A stretch of 64,000 nucleotides of DNA, from assembly GCA_963737655.1 (NCBI GenBank), contig CAVTTN010000002.1, positions 7,360,001 through 7,424,000 on the forward strand. Reading direction: 5' to 3'. Source of the DNA: an uncultured Planctomycetota bacterium (GTDB lineage: Bacteria; Planctomycetota; Planctomycetia; Isosphaerales; Isosphaeraceae). Made by a program: the position numbers and the translations under genes. Each line of letters begins with the position of its first letter. The stretch's first letter is position 1. Below, piece by piece: positions 41,933-51,453 of this stretch. A model generated the notes under the pieces. It ran no database searches and was not told the DNA's origin. It was given only the letters and a program-made list of their open reading frames with translations.

Positions 41933-43707
41933 AGGGCGAAGGCTTTCTTCAGGCATTCGAGGCCCTCTTGCCCTCGATCGTGATCGGTGGCGACGTTGAT
42001 CCGGACCTCGCTGGTGTTGATCAGGCCGATGTTGATGCCTCGCTCGGCCAGGGCGCCGAACATCCGGGTGGCGGCGCCGGTGTGGGTCCGCACTCCGACG
42101 CCGAGGACACTTAATTTGGCGAGCTCGGGCTGGACGAGCACCCCGGCCGACCCGGCCACGGCCAGGGCGGCGGCTCGGGCTCGCTCGGCATGGGCCCTGG
42201 GGACAGTAAAGGAGAGGTGCGTGTTGCCTCCCGATCCGGCGCTCTGGACGATCATATCGACGAACACCTCCACCTCGGCGATCCGGCGGAACAGGTCGGC
42301 GGCCGAGCCGGGCCGGTCCAGGACGTCGAGGACCGTGATTCGCGCTTGCCCCTCGTCCAGCTCCACGCCCGAGATCACCAGGTCTTCCATCCCGTGAGGC
42401 TCCGTCGCCGGCCCGGAGCCGTTCTCGGCCTTGGGCGCCGGGGGTTTGGCGACCTTGGACGGGGAGAACGGCCGGGTCGGCTCGATCGGCGCCTCGTCCA
42501 GTCCGAACGCCTTGTGGACGGCCCGGAGCGCGGCGACCGCCTCGGCCCGATCCACCAGGACGCTGACCTTGATCTCGCTCGTGGTGATCATCCGGATGTT
42601 CACGCCGGCCTTCGCCAGGGCCTCGAACATCACGGTGGCCACGCCGGTATGGGTCCTCATGCCGAGGCCGACGATCGAGACCTTGGCGCAACCCGGGTCG
42701 TGCGAGATTCTTGCGGCGCCGATGGTTCTTGCGGCGCCGTCGGCGACCATCAAGGTCTCGGGGAGGTCCGCGGCGGACACGGTGAAGCTGACGTCGGTCA
42801 GGCCGCCCGTCGAGACGTTTTGCACGATCATGTCGACGACGACGTTCGCCTCGGCGATCCGGCGGAACAGGGTGTGGACCACCCCGGGGCGGTCGGGCAC
42901 GCCGTGGACGGTGATCCTCGCCTCGTCCTTGGCCAGGGCCGCGCCCGAGACGCTGGAGCCGAGCCGGCGAGCGTCGGTCTCGGGGATGATCCAGGTGCCG
43001 GGGGTGTCGGTGAACGAGCTGCGGACGTGGATCGGCACGCCGTACTTCTTGGCGAACTCGATCGACCGGGAATGCATCACCCCGGCGCCCAGGCTGGCGA
43101 GCTCGAGCATCTCGTCGTAGCTGATCCGGTCGACCTTGCGGGCCTCGGGGACGATCCGGGGGTCTGTGGTGTAGACGCCATCGACGTCGGTATAGATCTC
43201 GCAGGCGTCGGCGCCGAGGACGGCGGCGAGCGCGACGGCCGTGGTGTCGGAGCCGCCTCGGCCCAGGGTGGTGATGTTGTAATTCTCGTCCACGCCCTGG
43301 AATCCGGCGACGATGACGACCTGGCCCGAATCCAGCGCCTGGGCCATCCGTTCGGTGTTGATGTTGCGGATGCGGGCCCGGGTGTGGAAGCTGTCGGTCA
43401 CCAGGCCGATCTGGGCGCCCGTAAAGCTAATGGCCGGAACGCCTAAAGACTGAATCGCCATCGCCATCAGGGCCACGCTGACCTGCTCTCCGGTGGAGAG
43501 GAGCATGTCCATCTCCCGGGCCGGGGGCCGTTCGGTGATCTCCCGGGCGAGGTCGATCAATTCATCGGTGGTATGTCCGCGAGCGGACACGACGACCAGG
43601 ACGCGCTCGCCTCGTTGGTGGGCGCGGATCGCCCTCCGCGCCGCGGCGAGGATCTTGTCGGACGTCGCCACGCTCGTCCCGCCGAATTTCTGGACCAGGA
43701 GAGACAA
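41929..43707 (-). CDS. lysC: aspartate kinase (long form with four ACT domains)
   Basis: VQKFGGTSV, TTLGRGGSDTTA and YTDVDGVYTTDPR motifs; duplicated ACT pairs; TTG start after GGGAG. Confidence 0.96.
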   Translation of the reverse strand: MSLLVQKFGGTSVATSDKILAAARRAIRAHQRGERVLVVVSARGHTTDELIDLAREITERPPAREMDMLLSTGEQVSVALMAMAIQSLGVPAISFTGAQIGLVTDSFHTRARIRNINTERMAQALDSGQVVIVAGFQGVDENYNITTLGRGGSDTTAVALAAVLGADACEIYTDVDGVYTTDPRIVPEARKVDRISYDEMLELASLGAGVMHSRSIEFAKKYGVPIHVRSSFTDTPGTWIIPETDARRLGSSVSGAALAKDEARITVHGVPDRPGVVHTLFRRIAEANVVVDMIVQNVSTGGLTDVSFTVSAADLPETLMVADGAARTIGAARISHDPGCAKVSIVGLGMRTHTGVATVMFEALAKAGVNIRMITTSEIKVSVLVDRAEAVAALRAVHKAFGLDEAPIEPTRPFSPSKVAKPPAPKAENGSGPATEPHGMEDLVISGVELDEGQARITVLDVLDRPGSAADLFRRIAEVEVFVDMIVQSAGSGGNTHLSFTVPRAHAERARAAALAVAGSAGVLVQPELAKLSVLGVGVRTHTGAATRMFGALAERGINIGLINTSEVRINVATDHDRGQEGLECLKKAFAL

Positions 43708-43719
43708 GGTTCCACTCCC

Positions 43720-43740
43720 GTAGGGTGCATGCAATGCACC
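43720..43740 (+). repeat. single family A REP
   Basis: GTAGGGTGCATGCAATGCACC. Confidence 0.9.
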
Positions 43741-43768
43741 ATCGTGCCTGGCTTCTCGGAAGATTCGC

Positions 43769-44983
43769 TCAATCGCCCGACGATCCCAGGAACCGCTCCA
43801 TCAACCGCCATCCCTCGTCCAGAAGCGGCCCGCCGGCCTCCCGGGCCGAGACTTCATCATAGCCGGCGGCCCCGATTGGCGAGATCCCCGACCCCCAGAC
43901 TGCCCAGGGGACCGGGGCGCGGTCGTGGGCCCGGGTCCGGAGCAGGGTGGAATGGTCGGGCGAGACGAGGATTCGCGCGTCTCCGAGGGTTTCCAGCTTC
44001 GCGAGCAACGGGGCCACGATGTCGGCGTCAATCCGTTGCAGGGCCTCGACTTTCGCCTCGGCCCGGCCCTCGTGGCTGGCCTCGTCGGGGGCCTCGACGT
44101 GGACGCAGACCAGGTCGTATCGCCCGATGGCCTCGATCGCCGCTCGGCCCTTGGCGGCGTAATCGGTGTCGAGGTAGCCGGTCGCCCCGGGAACGTCGAT
44201 CCGGTCCCAGCCGGCGAGGACTCCGACCCCGCGGACCAGGTCCACGGCCGAGATGATCGCGCCTCGCAAGCCGTGAAGGTCGAAGAATTTGGGGAGCGCC
44301 GGGGCTCGCCCCTGGCCCCAGAGCCACACGGCGTTGGCGGGCCTCTTGCCGGCCTTCAGGCGCGATTGGAGGACCGGATGGTCCTGGACGATCCGCTTGC
44401 CTCGTTCCATGAGGTCGATCAAGAGCGAGGCGCCGGCCCCTTTCGGCAGAGAATCGCGGGCCGGGCGGTCGGGGACGTCGTGAGGAGGGGTCGTCAGGGT
44501 CTCGGAATCGAACGGCGATTCGCCCGGCTGGCCCCGGAAGACCATCAGGTTGCGGTAGCTCACGCCGGGATGGAACTCGACGGTTTCCGATCCCAACTCG
44601 TTTTGAAGGGCCGAGATGAGTTCGCGGGCCTCGTCGCTGGAGATGTGGCCGGCGGTGAAGTCGGTCATCCGGCCGTCGTCGATGGTCATGAGGTTGCAGC
44701 GGATCGCCCAGTCGTCGGGACCGAGCGGAACGCCCATCGCGGCGGCTTCGAGAGGGGCCCGGCCGGTGTAATACGCCTCCGGGTCGTAGCCGAAGAGGCT
44801 GAGGGTGGCCACGTCCGACGCCGGGACGAACCGATCGGGGACGTTCCGCGATTGGCCGAGGAGCCCTCCGCGGGCAATCCGGTCCATCGCGGGCGTCCGG
44901 GCGGCCTGGAGAGGCGTCTTGCCGCCCAGGGCGTCCTGAGGCTCGTCCGAGGCGCCATCGGGGATCACGAGGACGTATTTCAT
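43769..44983 (-). CDS. apgM: ApgM-family cofactor-independent phosphoglycerate mutase / proposed homoserine kinase
   Basis: PDGASDEP, SDVATLS, YTGRAPLEAA, HVEAPDEASH, SPDH and RAH motifs. Confidence 0.9.
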   Translation of the reverse strand: MKYVLVIPDGASDEPQDALGGKTPLQAARTPAMDRIARGGLLGQSRNVPDRFVPASDVATLSLFGYDPEAYYTGRAPLEAAAMGVPLGPDDWAIRCNLMTIDDGRMTDFTAGHISSDEARELISALQNELGSETVEFHPGVSYRNLMVFRGQPGESPFDSETLTTPPHDVPDRPARDSLPKGAGASLLIDLMERGKRIVQDHPVLQSRLKAGKRPANAVWLWGQGRAPALPKFFDLHGLRGAIISAVDLVRGVGVLAGWDRIDVPGATGYLDTDYAAKGRAAIEAIGRYDLVCVHVEAPDEASHEGRAEAKVEALQRIDADIVAPLLAKLETLGDARILVSPDHSTLLRTRAHDRAPVPWAVWGSGISPIGAAGYDEVSAREAGGPLLDEGWRLMERFLGSSGD

Positions 44984-45053
44984 GGTGGGGATCGGGGTGC
45001 GATTCGGGCTTCGGGCGACCTGACCTAATCGTATCGGAGAATGGGTCGAAGAT

Positions 45054-45074
45054 GGTGCATTTCATGCACCCTAC
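45054..45074 (-). repeat. single family A REP overlapping the hom stop codon
   Basis: GGTGCATTTCATGCACCCTAC. Confidence 0.9.
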
Positions 45075-46372
45075 AGGAGACCTAGACACACGCTGGGGGC
45101 CTTCACGACGGGGAGGCAATCGATCTCGGCGAGTGCGGCGAAGGTGTTGGCCTCGCTGGCGGCGTGGGTCATCATCACGAGGGGGACGGGGGCATCGGGG
45201 TGGTCGTCGTCGCCCGGGTCGTGCTGGATCACGCTGGCAATGCTGAGCTTGTGGCGGCCGAGCACCTGGGCGATCGCCCCGAGCACCCCGGGCCGGTCGG
45301 CGATCGTGAACCTCAGATAATACCGGCTTTCGACCCGATCGGGAGGGGCCAGGACCAGAGGAGGCGCATCCTCGGGCCAGAGCTTCTGGGCCCGGAAGGT
45401 CAGGGCGGTCCGGCCCACGAGGACATCCACCAGATCGCCCACCACCGCCGACGCCGTGGGCAGGGCGCCCGCGCCTCGTCCGTAAAACAGCGTGTCGCCG
45501 ACGGCGTCGCCGACCACTCGGATGGCGTTATACGGGCCGCGGACCTCGGCCAGGGGCGTCCCTTGACGGACCAGGGTGGGCGCGACCCGCAATTCCAGCC
45601 CGGCCTCGCCCATTTTCGCCAGGGCGAGCAATTTGACCGTGTACCCCAGCTCGCCCGAATACCTCAAATCCGCCGATTGCAGCCGGTCGATGCCCTGGCG
45701 AGGGATCTGCCCGGTCTTCACGGTCGCGCCGAAGGCGATCTGGGCGAGGACGGCGAGCTTGTGGGCGGTGTCGGTGCCGTCCACGTCCAGCGACGGGTCG
45801 GCCTCGGCGTATCCGAGATGCTGGGCCTCGGCCAGGGCCGCTTCATACGAGATCCCCGAGAGCACCATCGAGGAGAGGATGAAGTTGCACGTGCCGTTGA
45901 CGATGGCGGCGAGCGTCTGGATCTCGTTGCCGACGAGCCCGACGGAAACGGCCTGGACGATCGGGATGCCTCCGCCGACGCTCCCTTCGAAGGCCACGGC
46001 TCGGCCGCACCTGCGGGCCTGGGCGAACACCTCGGTGCCGTGCTCGGCGAGGAGGGCCTTGTTCGCGGTCACCACGTCCTTGCCGGCGGCCAGGGCGTCG
46101 AGGACGACTTGCAACGTCGGCTCCGTGCCGCCCATCGCCTCGACGACCACTCGGATTTCGGGGTCGTCGAGGATGGCGCGAGGGTCGGTCACGATCCGGT
46201 CGTCGTCGAGGGGGACGTCCCGGCGTTTCGAGAGGTCGCGGACCAGCGCGGCCTTGACCTCGACCCGGGCCCCGACTCTCCGGCTGATTCGCTCCGAGGC
46301 GTGGTCGATCAGCCGGCAGACCCCCTGGCCGACCGTCCCCAAGCCGAGGATCGCCACCGAAACCCGTTCCAT
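45071..46372 (-). CDS. hom: homoserine dehydrogenase
   Basis: GLGTVG, VVTANK, EGSVGGGIP, NGTCNFIL, GYAEADP and GRGAG motifs; C-terminal ACT domain. Confidence 0.96.
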   Translation of the reverse strand: MERVSVAILGLGTVGQGVCRLIDHASERISRRVGARVEVKAALVRDLSKRRDVPLDDDRIVTDPRAILDDPEIRVVVEAMGGTEPTLQVVLDALAAGKDVVTANKALLAEHGTEVFAQARRCGRAVAFEGSVGGGIPIVQAVSVGLVGNEIQTLAAIVNGTCNFILSSMVLSGISYEAALAEAQHLGYAEADPSLDVDGTDTAHKLAVLAQIAFGATVKTGQIPRQGIDRLQSADLRYSGELGYTVKLLALAKMGEAGLELRVAPTLVRQGTPLAEVRGPYNAIRVVGDAVGDTLFYGRGAGALPTASAVVGDLVDVLVGRTALTFRAQKLWPEDAPPLVLAPPDRVESRYYLRFTIADRPGVLGAIAQVLGRHKLSIASVIQHDPGDDDHPDAPVPLVMMTHAASEANTFAALAEIDCLPVVKAPSVCLGLL

Positions 46373-46574
46373 CCCGCCGCCCCGACCCCGATCGAAGTCC
46401 CGAATCGACCCTCGGTTGGGGCGATAGCGTAGCGAATCCGAAGTCGATCGACAAGAGACGCCACCGTCGGAGGGCCGGGCCCTTTGCTCCTTGGAGGACG
46501 ATTCTGCGGAAGCGTCACGGCCGAGGGTCCCCCGAGTGAGACGGATTCGGCGCCGCGATTTACCCCGTCGGAGG

Positions 46575-46603
46575 TTGCCGATCTTGGAGAGTTGTTTTAC
46601 AAT
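46575..46603 (+). promoter_or_regulatory. sigma70-type promoter for the HlyD-family gene
   Basis: TTGCCG-17 nt-TACAAT. Confidence 0.5.
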
Positions 46604-46665
46604 CTCCCCGGCCGAAACAAGTCGGGGAAGCACGACGATTGCGCCGAGCTGGTTGAGGGGAAGAC

Positions 46666-48123
46666 ATGCGACGAGGTCCGTCCGGCCGGGTCCGAGGGTC
46701 CGTCCTCCTGATCGTGGTGATCGCGCTGGGGATCGGGGCGTCGCTGGCGATGCGGTCGTACCGGCTCCGGGCGGAAGTGGCCCAGAGAGCGGCCCGGACG
46801 CGGGTGCCGGTCCAACGGACCGACCTCTTCGTGACCCTGAAGGCCGGCGGGAGGCTGGAGGCCGAACGCAAGACGATCATCGATTGCAAGCTGGAGAACC
46901 TCTCGGTCTCCAGCGAAGGGCGGAGCTTCTCCAGCGGCGGCCAGATCACGATCCTCGACGTGGTCCCCGAGGGGGCGACGGTCCAGAGGGATGAGGTCCT
47001 GTGCCGGCTCGACTCGTCGAACTACGAGGAGCTCGTCCGCCAGCAGGAGTTGAAGCTCCAGCAGGCCATCTCCGACCACCTCAAGGCCGAGCTCGACGTG
47101 AAGGCGGCCGAGGTCTCCCTGATCGGCTACCGAGACGGCGAGCTGCCCCAGGAGATGGAAGCCCTGGAAAGCCAGATCATCCTGGCCGAGGCCGACTTGC
47201 GGCGACTGGACGACCGCATCGCCTGGTCCAGGACGATGCTGGAGAACGGCTACATCTCCGGGGGCGCGTACGCCACGGAGAAGCAGAGCCGGCTCAAGGC
47301 CGAGATCACCCTGGAGAGGCTGAGGACCAGCCGGGAGGTCCTCAAGAATTTCGGCTCGGTCGCCACGCTCCGCACGCTCCAGTCCAACCTCGACTCGCTC
47401 AAGACGACCCTGCTGTTTCAGGACCTGCGGCTGCGAAGGACCCGGCTCCAGCTCGCCCGGTTCCAGGCCCAGGTGGCCTATTGCACGATCCGGGCCCCCC
47501 ACGAGGGGTTCGTGGTGTACGCCAACACCCAGGGTCGGGTGAAGATCGAGCCCGGGGCGCAGGTCTATCAGAAAATGCCGCTGTTCTATCTCCCCGACAT
47601 GGAGACGATGGAGGTCCAGGTCGTCCTCCACGAATCGGTGGTCGATCGGGTCCACGAGGGGATGACGGCGAGGGTCCGCCTGGAGGGCCGGCCCGAGTTC
47701 GCCCTGGAAGGGCAAGTGGTCGCGATCAACCCGATGCCCACCTTCGAGGGCCTGAACATCCTCACGGGCGAGGTCCGCAACTATCTCGGCAGGATTCGCC
47801 TCCACAGCGTGCCGACCGGCCTGGTCCCGGGGATGAATGCCGAGGTGGAGATCGAGACCGGCCGCCGGAACCACGCGCTGACGGTGCCGACCGAGGCGGT
47901 TGTCTCCGAGGACGGCCGGGATTACTGCTACGTGGCCCGGCCCGACGGCCTGGAACGCCGAGAGATCACGGTCGAGCAGGGGACGCGCGACCTCCTGGCG
48001 GTGACCTCCGGCCTGTCCGAGGGGGAAGAAGTCGTGCTCGATCCCCAGGGGGAGGACGACGTGGCCTCGGTCGGCAACGCCTCATCGCCGGATTCCCCGG
48101 TCCGAGCCGTCCCGGCCCCCTGA
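46666..48123 (+). CDS. HlyD-family / efflux RND periplasmic adaptor subunit
   Basis: N-terminal TM helix; VPEGATVQRDEVL lipoyl half, long coiled coil, IRAPHEG, PGMNAEV and GLSEGEEV motifs. Confidence 0.88.
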   Translation: MRRGPSGRVRGSVLLIVVIALGIGASLAMRSYRLRAEVAQRAARTRVPVQRTDLFVTLKAGGRLEAERKTIIDCKLENLSVSSEGRSFSSGGQITILDVVPEGATVQRDEVLCRLDSSNYEELVRQQELKLQQAISDHLKAELDVKAAEVSLIGYRDGELPQEMEALESQIILAEADLRRLDDRIAWSRTMLENGYISGGAYATEKQSRLKAEITLERLRTSREVLKNFGSVATLRTLQSNLDSLKTTLLFQDLRLRRTRLQLARFQAQVAYCTIRAPHEGFVVYANTQGRVKIEPGAQVYQKMPLFYLPDMETMEVQVVLHESVVDRVHEGMTARVRLEGRPEFALEGQVVAINPMPTFEGLNILTGEVRNYLGRIRLHSVPTGLVPGMNAEVEIETGRRNHALTVPTEAVVSEDGRDYCYVARPDGLERREITVEQGTRDLLAVTSGLSEGEEVVLDPQGEDDVASVGNASSPDSPVRAVPAP

Positions 48124-48221
48124 TTCCCGAGGCTCGGGGGCCTGGCCCTCGAACCTGAAGGATTTCGGGCGAGACCGGTTCAAGAACCGGTACATGGTTC
48201 CCGCGTAAAGCGGTGGTTTTC

Positions 48222-48246
48222 GTAGGTTCGCTCTTGCGGACCCTAC
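48222..48246. repeat. compact REP-like palindrome, family D
   Basis: GTAGGTTCGCTCTTGCGGACCCTAC. Confidence 0.75.
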
Positions 48247-48413
48247 GAGACGGCCTCCTGACGCGCTCGACATGAAAAGCCGCGTTTTCGGTCGATTTTG
48301 GGTGAAGAATCGCGGCCCCGCCGTTCGATGATGGCGGTGGGTCCGCCTTCGTTGCCGAGGGCGGTCGCGCCCGGGCCTTCCGACCTTGAACCCACCTCTC
48401 GGGTCTTTCGCCG

Positions 48414-48947
48414 ATGGCCGCAAAACGAGCCGCTCCTCGGGCGTCCACCGCCTCTGCGTCCGCGTCCGCCCCGTCGTCGTCGCACGCCCTGAACGCCTTG
48501 CTCCTGGTCGCGGCCGTGGCGTTCGGGCTCTGGCTCCTGGTCTCCCGGGGCAAGGTCTCGTGGCCTCCCGGCGATTTGCTGGCCAATGCCTACACGCTGG
48601 CCGGCTGCCTCGCGCTGGTCGGCCCGGTCGTCCTCCTCCGTCGCGAATCGGGCGAGGGCGGGGTGGGGGAGATGATGTGGATGACCGGCGGGGCCCTGAT
48701 CTGGATCTTCAACCTCGCCGGGCTCAGCAAGGGGGAAGTGCAACTGGCGACCCTCGCCACGCCCCTGGGGACCCGGGCGATGGGCCTGACGATCCTGGCG
48801 GTCCTGGTGGCCGCCTGGAGGTCGCGAGCCGGGGGCAAGTCCTGGTCGTGGACCAACGTGACGGGCTGGGTCCTCGGCCTCTTCTGGGTCGTCCTGGGCC
48901 TGGCCGGCTTGCTCCCGGGCAACCCGGTTCGCCTGGCGATGCTCTGA
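48414..48947 (+). CDS. hypothetical multi-pass membrane protein
   Basis: Five hydrophobic segments; WSWTNVTGWVLG motif. Confidence 0.75.
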   Translation: MAAKRAAPRASTASASASAPSSSHALNALLLVAAVAFGLWLLVSRGKVSWPPGDLLANAYTLAGCLALVGPVVLLRRESGEGGVGEMMWMTGGALIWIFNLAGLSKGEVQLATLATPLGTRAMGLTILAVLVAAWRSRAGGKSWSWTNVTGWVLGLFWVVLGLAGLLPGNPVRLAML

Positions 48948-49032
48948 GGGCCGGCCTTCCGGGGCGATCGGTACTTCATTCTGAGGCGGAGCTTACTCTC
49001 TCCCCCGCTATACGTGTTTCGCGGGTGAGAAG

Positions 49033-49120
49033 GCGGTTTTTGTAGGGTCCGCTCTTGCGGACCTCTTCGATTTCCCATCGTCGCGAAGAGGTCCGCAAGA
49101 GCGGACCCTACAAAAACCGC
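49033..49120. repeat. REP-like inverted doublet, family D (GTAGGGTCCGCTCTTGCGGACC)
   Basis: 37-bp perfect arms GCGGTTTTTGTAGGGTCCGCTCTTGCGGACCTCTTCG / CGAAGAGGTCCGCAAGAGCGGACCCTACAAAAACCGC. Confidence 0.9.
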
Positions 49121-49346
49121 GATTCGGGGCGCCAAACACATACCCCCGCTTCGCGGGAGAGGGCGGCAGAGGCTCCCGCTTGAGCAACCGATCAAACCTG
49201 GGGCCGGCCTTGCCGAGGCTTGACGATTTCAGGGTAACGGGATTAGCCTCAAGAGGAAGCGCCGGGCCTCGCCGGATCTCATCCCATTCGCTTCGTTTCC
49301 GGCCCGATCCCCGAGACCGCTCCGCCCCTCCTCAGGAGCCCGCGAC

Positions 49347-50267
49347 GTGGCCACCGAGACCCCTGCCCAGCCGCTCGACCAGCCCTCGTCGGCCATCGAG
49401 AACGAAATCCCGAGCTACCGGGCCATCAGCCCGATGGCCGTCGCCAGCTTGGTTTTCGGCGTCCTCGCCCTGTTCACGTTCACCAGCACGACCTGGTGGA
49501 TCACGATGTTCTTCAACGTCCTGGCCGGGACGTGGCAAGACCCGCCGATCTCCGCCCTGTACTACGTCTCGGCCATCCTGGCGATCCTCACCGGCCGGCT
49601 CGCCCTGAGGAAGATCCGCAAGTACCCGGACCTCTTCACCGGCGCCTCGTTCGCCCGAGCCGGGATCGCCCTGGGCATCATCTTCCCGATCGCCTCGCTG
49701 GCCTACGCCGCGTCCCAGGAATGGATCTTGCGAAGCGACGGGATGAGGTTCGCCAGGAAGGTCACCGTCACCCTCAACAGCAAGAACGTCAAGGATGCCC
49801 TCTGGTTCATGCTCCCTCCCGAGATGAGGAAGGGCCTGACCCCCGACGCCGCCGACGCGCAGCTCGAGAAGCTCATGGATTCGGCCGAGAGGATTCGCAA
49901 CGTCGTGATCGCCATCCAGCAGATGAACGAGCACCTGGCCGCCTCCGGCCAGCCGATCCGGATCTCGGGCGTCGAGAGCGCGATGTACACCGACGTGGTC
50001 GGCTACGTCTCGGTCCTCCTCAAGGTCGGCGACGGCGAAGGGGCCGACCACGACCACGATCACGACCACGGCGAGGCCGCGAAGGACGCCAAGCCCCACA
50101 AGCCGGGCGAGGACTTCGCCCTGCTCGTCCTCAAGGGCGAGCCGGACATCCGAGGCGGCAAGTGGTATGTCGAGCAGATCCGGTATCCCTATCAGCCCAA
50201 GAGCTTCAAGCCGGTCGTCAAGCAGGTCATCGACGACGGCCACGGCCATGGGCCCGGCGGCCATTGA
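49347..50267 (+). CDS. DUF4190-like membrane protein with His-rich extracytoplasmic domain
   Basis: MAVASLVFGVL, AILTGRLALRKIRK and GASFARAGIALG motifs; DHDHDHDHG and GHGHGPGGH tracts. Confidence 0.75.
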   Translation: MATETPAQPLDQPSSAIENEIPSYRAISPMAVASLVFGVLALFTFTSTTWWITMFFNVLAGTWQDPPISALYYVSAILAILTGRLALRKIRKYPDLFTGASFARAGIALGIIFPIASLAYAASQEWILRSDGMRFARKVTVTLNSKNVKDALWFMLPPEMRKGLTPDAADAQLEKLMDSAERIRNVVIAIQQMNEHLAASGQPIRISGVESAMYTDVVGYVSVLLKVGDGEGADHDHDHDHGEAAKDAKPHKPGEDFALLVLKGEPDIRGGKWYVEQIRYPYQPKSFKPVVKQVIDDGHGHGPGGH

Positions 50268-50366
50268 GCGATCGGCCCTCGCGGCGGGACGATTCCGATC
50301 GACACGGCGGACGGACCTTGATACATCACGCCGTCCCAAGACAAGGATGTCCCGGGAGGTCCTGCG

Positions 50367-50669
50367 ATGGTCACGGTCCGCTCGTCCGCGCGTGTCGTCC
50401 TGTTCGGCGTCGTCGGGTTTTGCGCGGTCCTCGCCGAGGTTTCGGCGGGTGATCCGCCCCATCATCAGCAGATCGACTGGGCCGACCCGGTCCTGAGCCT
50501 GTTGACCCCGCCGAAACCCGCCTCCGGGTTTTTCCCGGCGACGAGCCCGGCCCCCTACGTCTCGCCCCGATCGCTGCCCTCGGCGAAGATCCAAAGGTTC
50601 GTCCGCTGGGCCCTGAAGAAGCCGACGGTGCCGAGGACGTCGAAGCACCCCAAGCCTCATCGTGCCTGA
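50367..50669 (+). CDS. small secreted hypothetical protein
   Basis: GGGAGG RBS, signal-peptide-like N-terminus, Pro/Lys-rich. Confidence 0.45.
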   Translation: MVTVRSSARVVLFGVVGFCAVLAEVSAGDPPHHQQIDWADPVLSLLTPPKPASGFFPATSPAPYVSPRSLPSAKIQRFVRWALKKPTVPRTSKHPKPHRA

Positions 50670-50687
50670 CTCCCTCCCCTCGGGAAC

Positions 50688-51098
50688 TCAGTGGGAGCGG
50701 CCTTCGTACGAGGCGTGGCAACGGTCGGTTTCCCAGAGGGTGACCTCGGAGACCGGCAATCCGGCGGTCCTCGCCCTCTCGAAGATCAATCGGGCGATGT
50801 TCTCGGCCGTCGGGTTGCGGTCCATGACGAACACGCGCTCGCCGCGAGACTGGAGGACGGGCAGGATCGGGTCTTCGCGGCAGAGGATCAGGTTGTGGTC
50901 GAGGTTGTCGTCGATCCACTTCTGGACCTGGTTCTTGATGTCCGAGAAATCGATGAGCATCCCCCGACCGTCCAGCTCCGGGCCTTCCAGGGTGATGATG
51001 GCCCGGCCGTTATGCCCGTGGAGGTGGCGACACTTGCCATCGTAGTTGATCAGGCGATGGCCGTAGCAGAAATCGATTTCGCGGGTCACGCGGTACAT
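50688..51098 (-). CDS. queD: 6-carboxy-5,6,7,8-tetrahydropterin synthase
   Basis: GHRL, CRHLHGHN, DFSDIK, LDH, NPTAENIA and LWET motifs. Confidence 0.9.
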   Translation of the reverse strand: MYRVTREIDFCYGHRLINYDGKCRHLHGHNGRAIITLEGPELDGRGMLIDFSDIKNQVQKWIDDNLDHNLILCREDPILPVLQSRGERVFVMDRNPTAENIARLIFERARTAGLPVSEVTLWETDRCHASYEGRSH

Positions 51099-51453
51099 GG
51101 AGAGCCCCCGTCGGACGGGTCGAGGTGACGGGGGATTCTAAGTCGATCGCCCCCTCGGCGGCAATCGGATTGATCGACGAAGGCCCCGCGGACTCGTTCG
51201 GGTCTCGCTCTGGAATCTGGAACTTCCGGGGTGCCCCGGTTCGAGAACCGGGGGAACCCGAACAAACTCCAGATTCGGGAGCGACACCCGACTCGTTCCG
51301 CCGGGGTTGCATCCTCACGGGCATTGAGTATCATGAATCGCTTGCCCCCGGCCCGACGGTGGGTCGGCTTCGCCTGCGCGACGGCCGACGGATCGCCCCG
51401 GGCCGGGCTGTCTGGTTTGCTCGCCTGCCTGTCCGTTCGTCGAGGGATCAGCG

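Noticed and set aside
50688..51453. preQ1 riboswitch upstream of queD or tgt
   Set aside because: No recognisable preQ1 stem-loop with A-rich tail; an Rfam search would be needed to exclude it formally.
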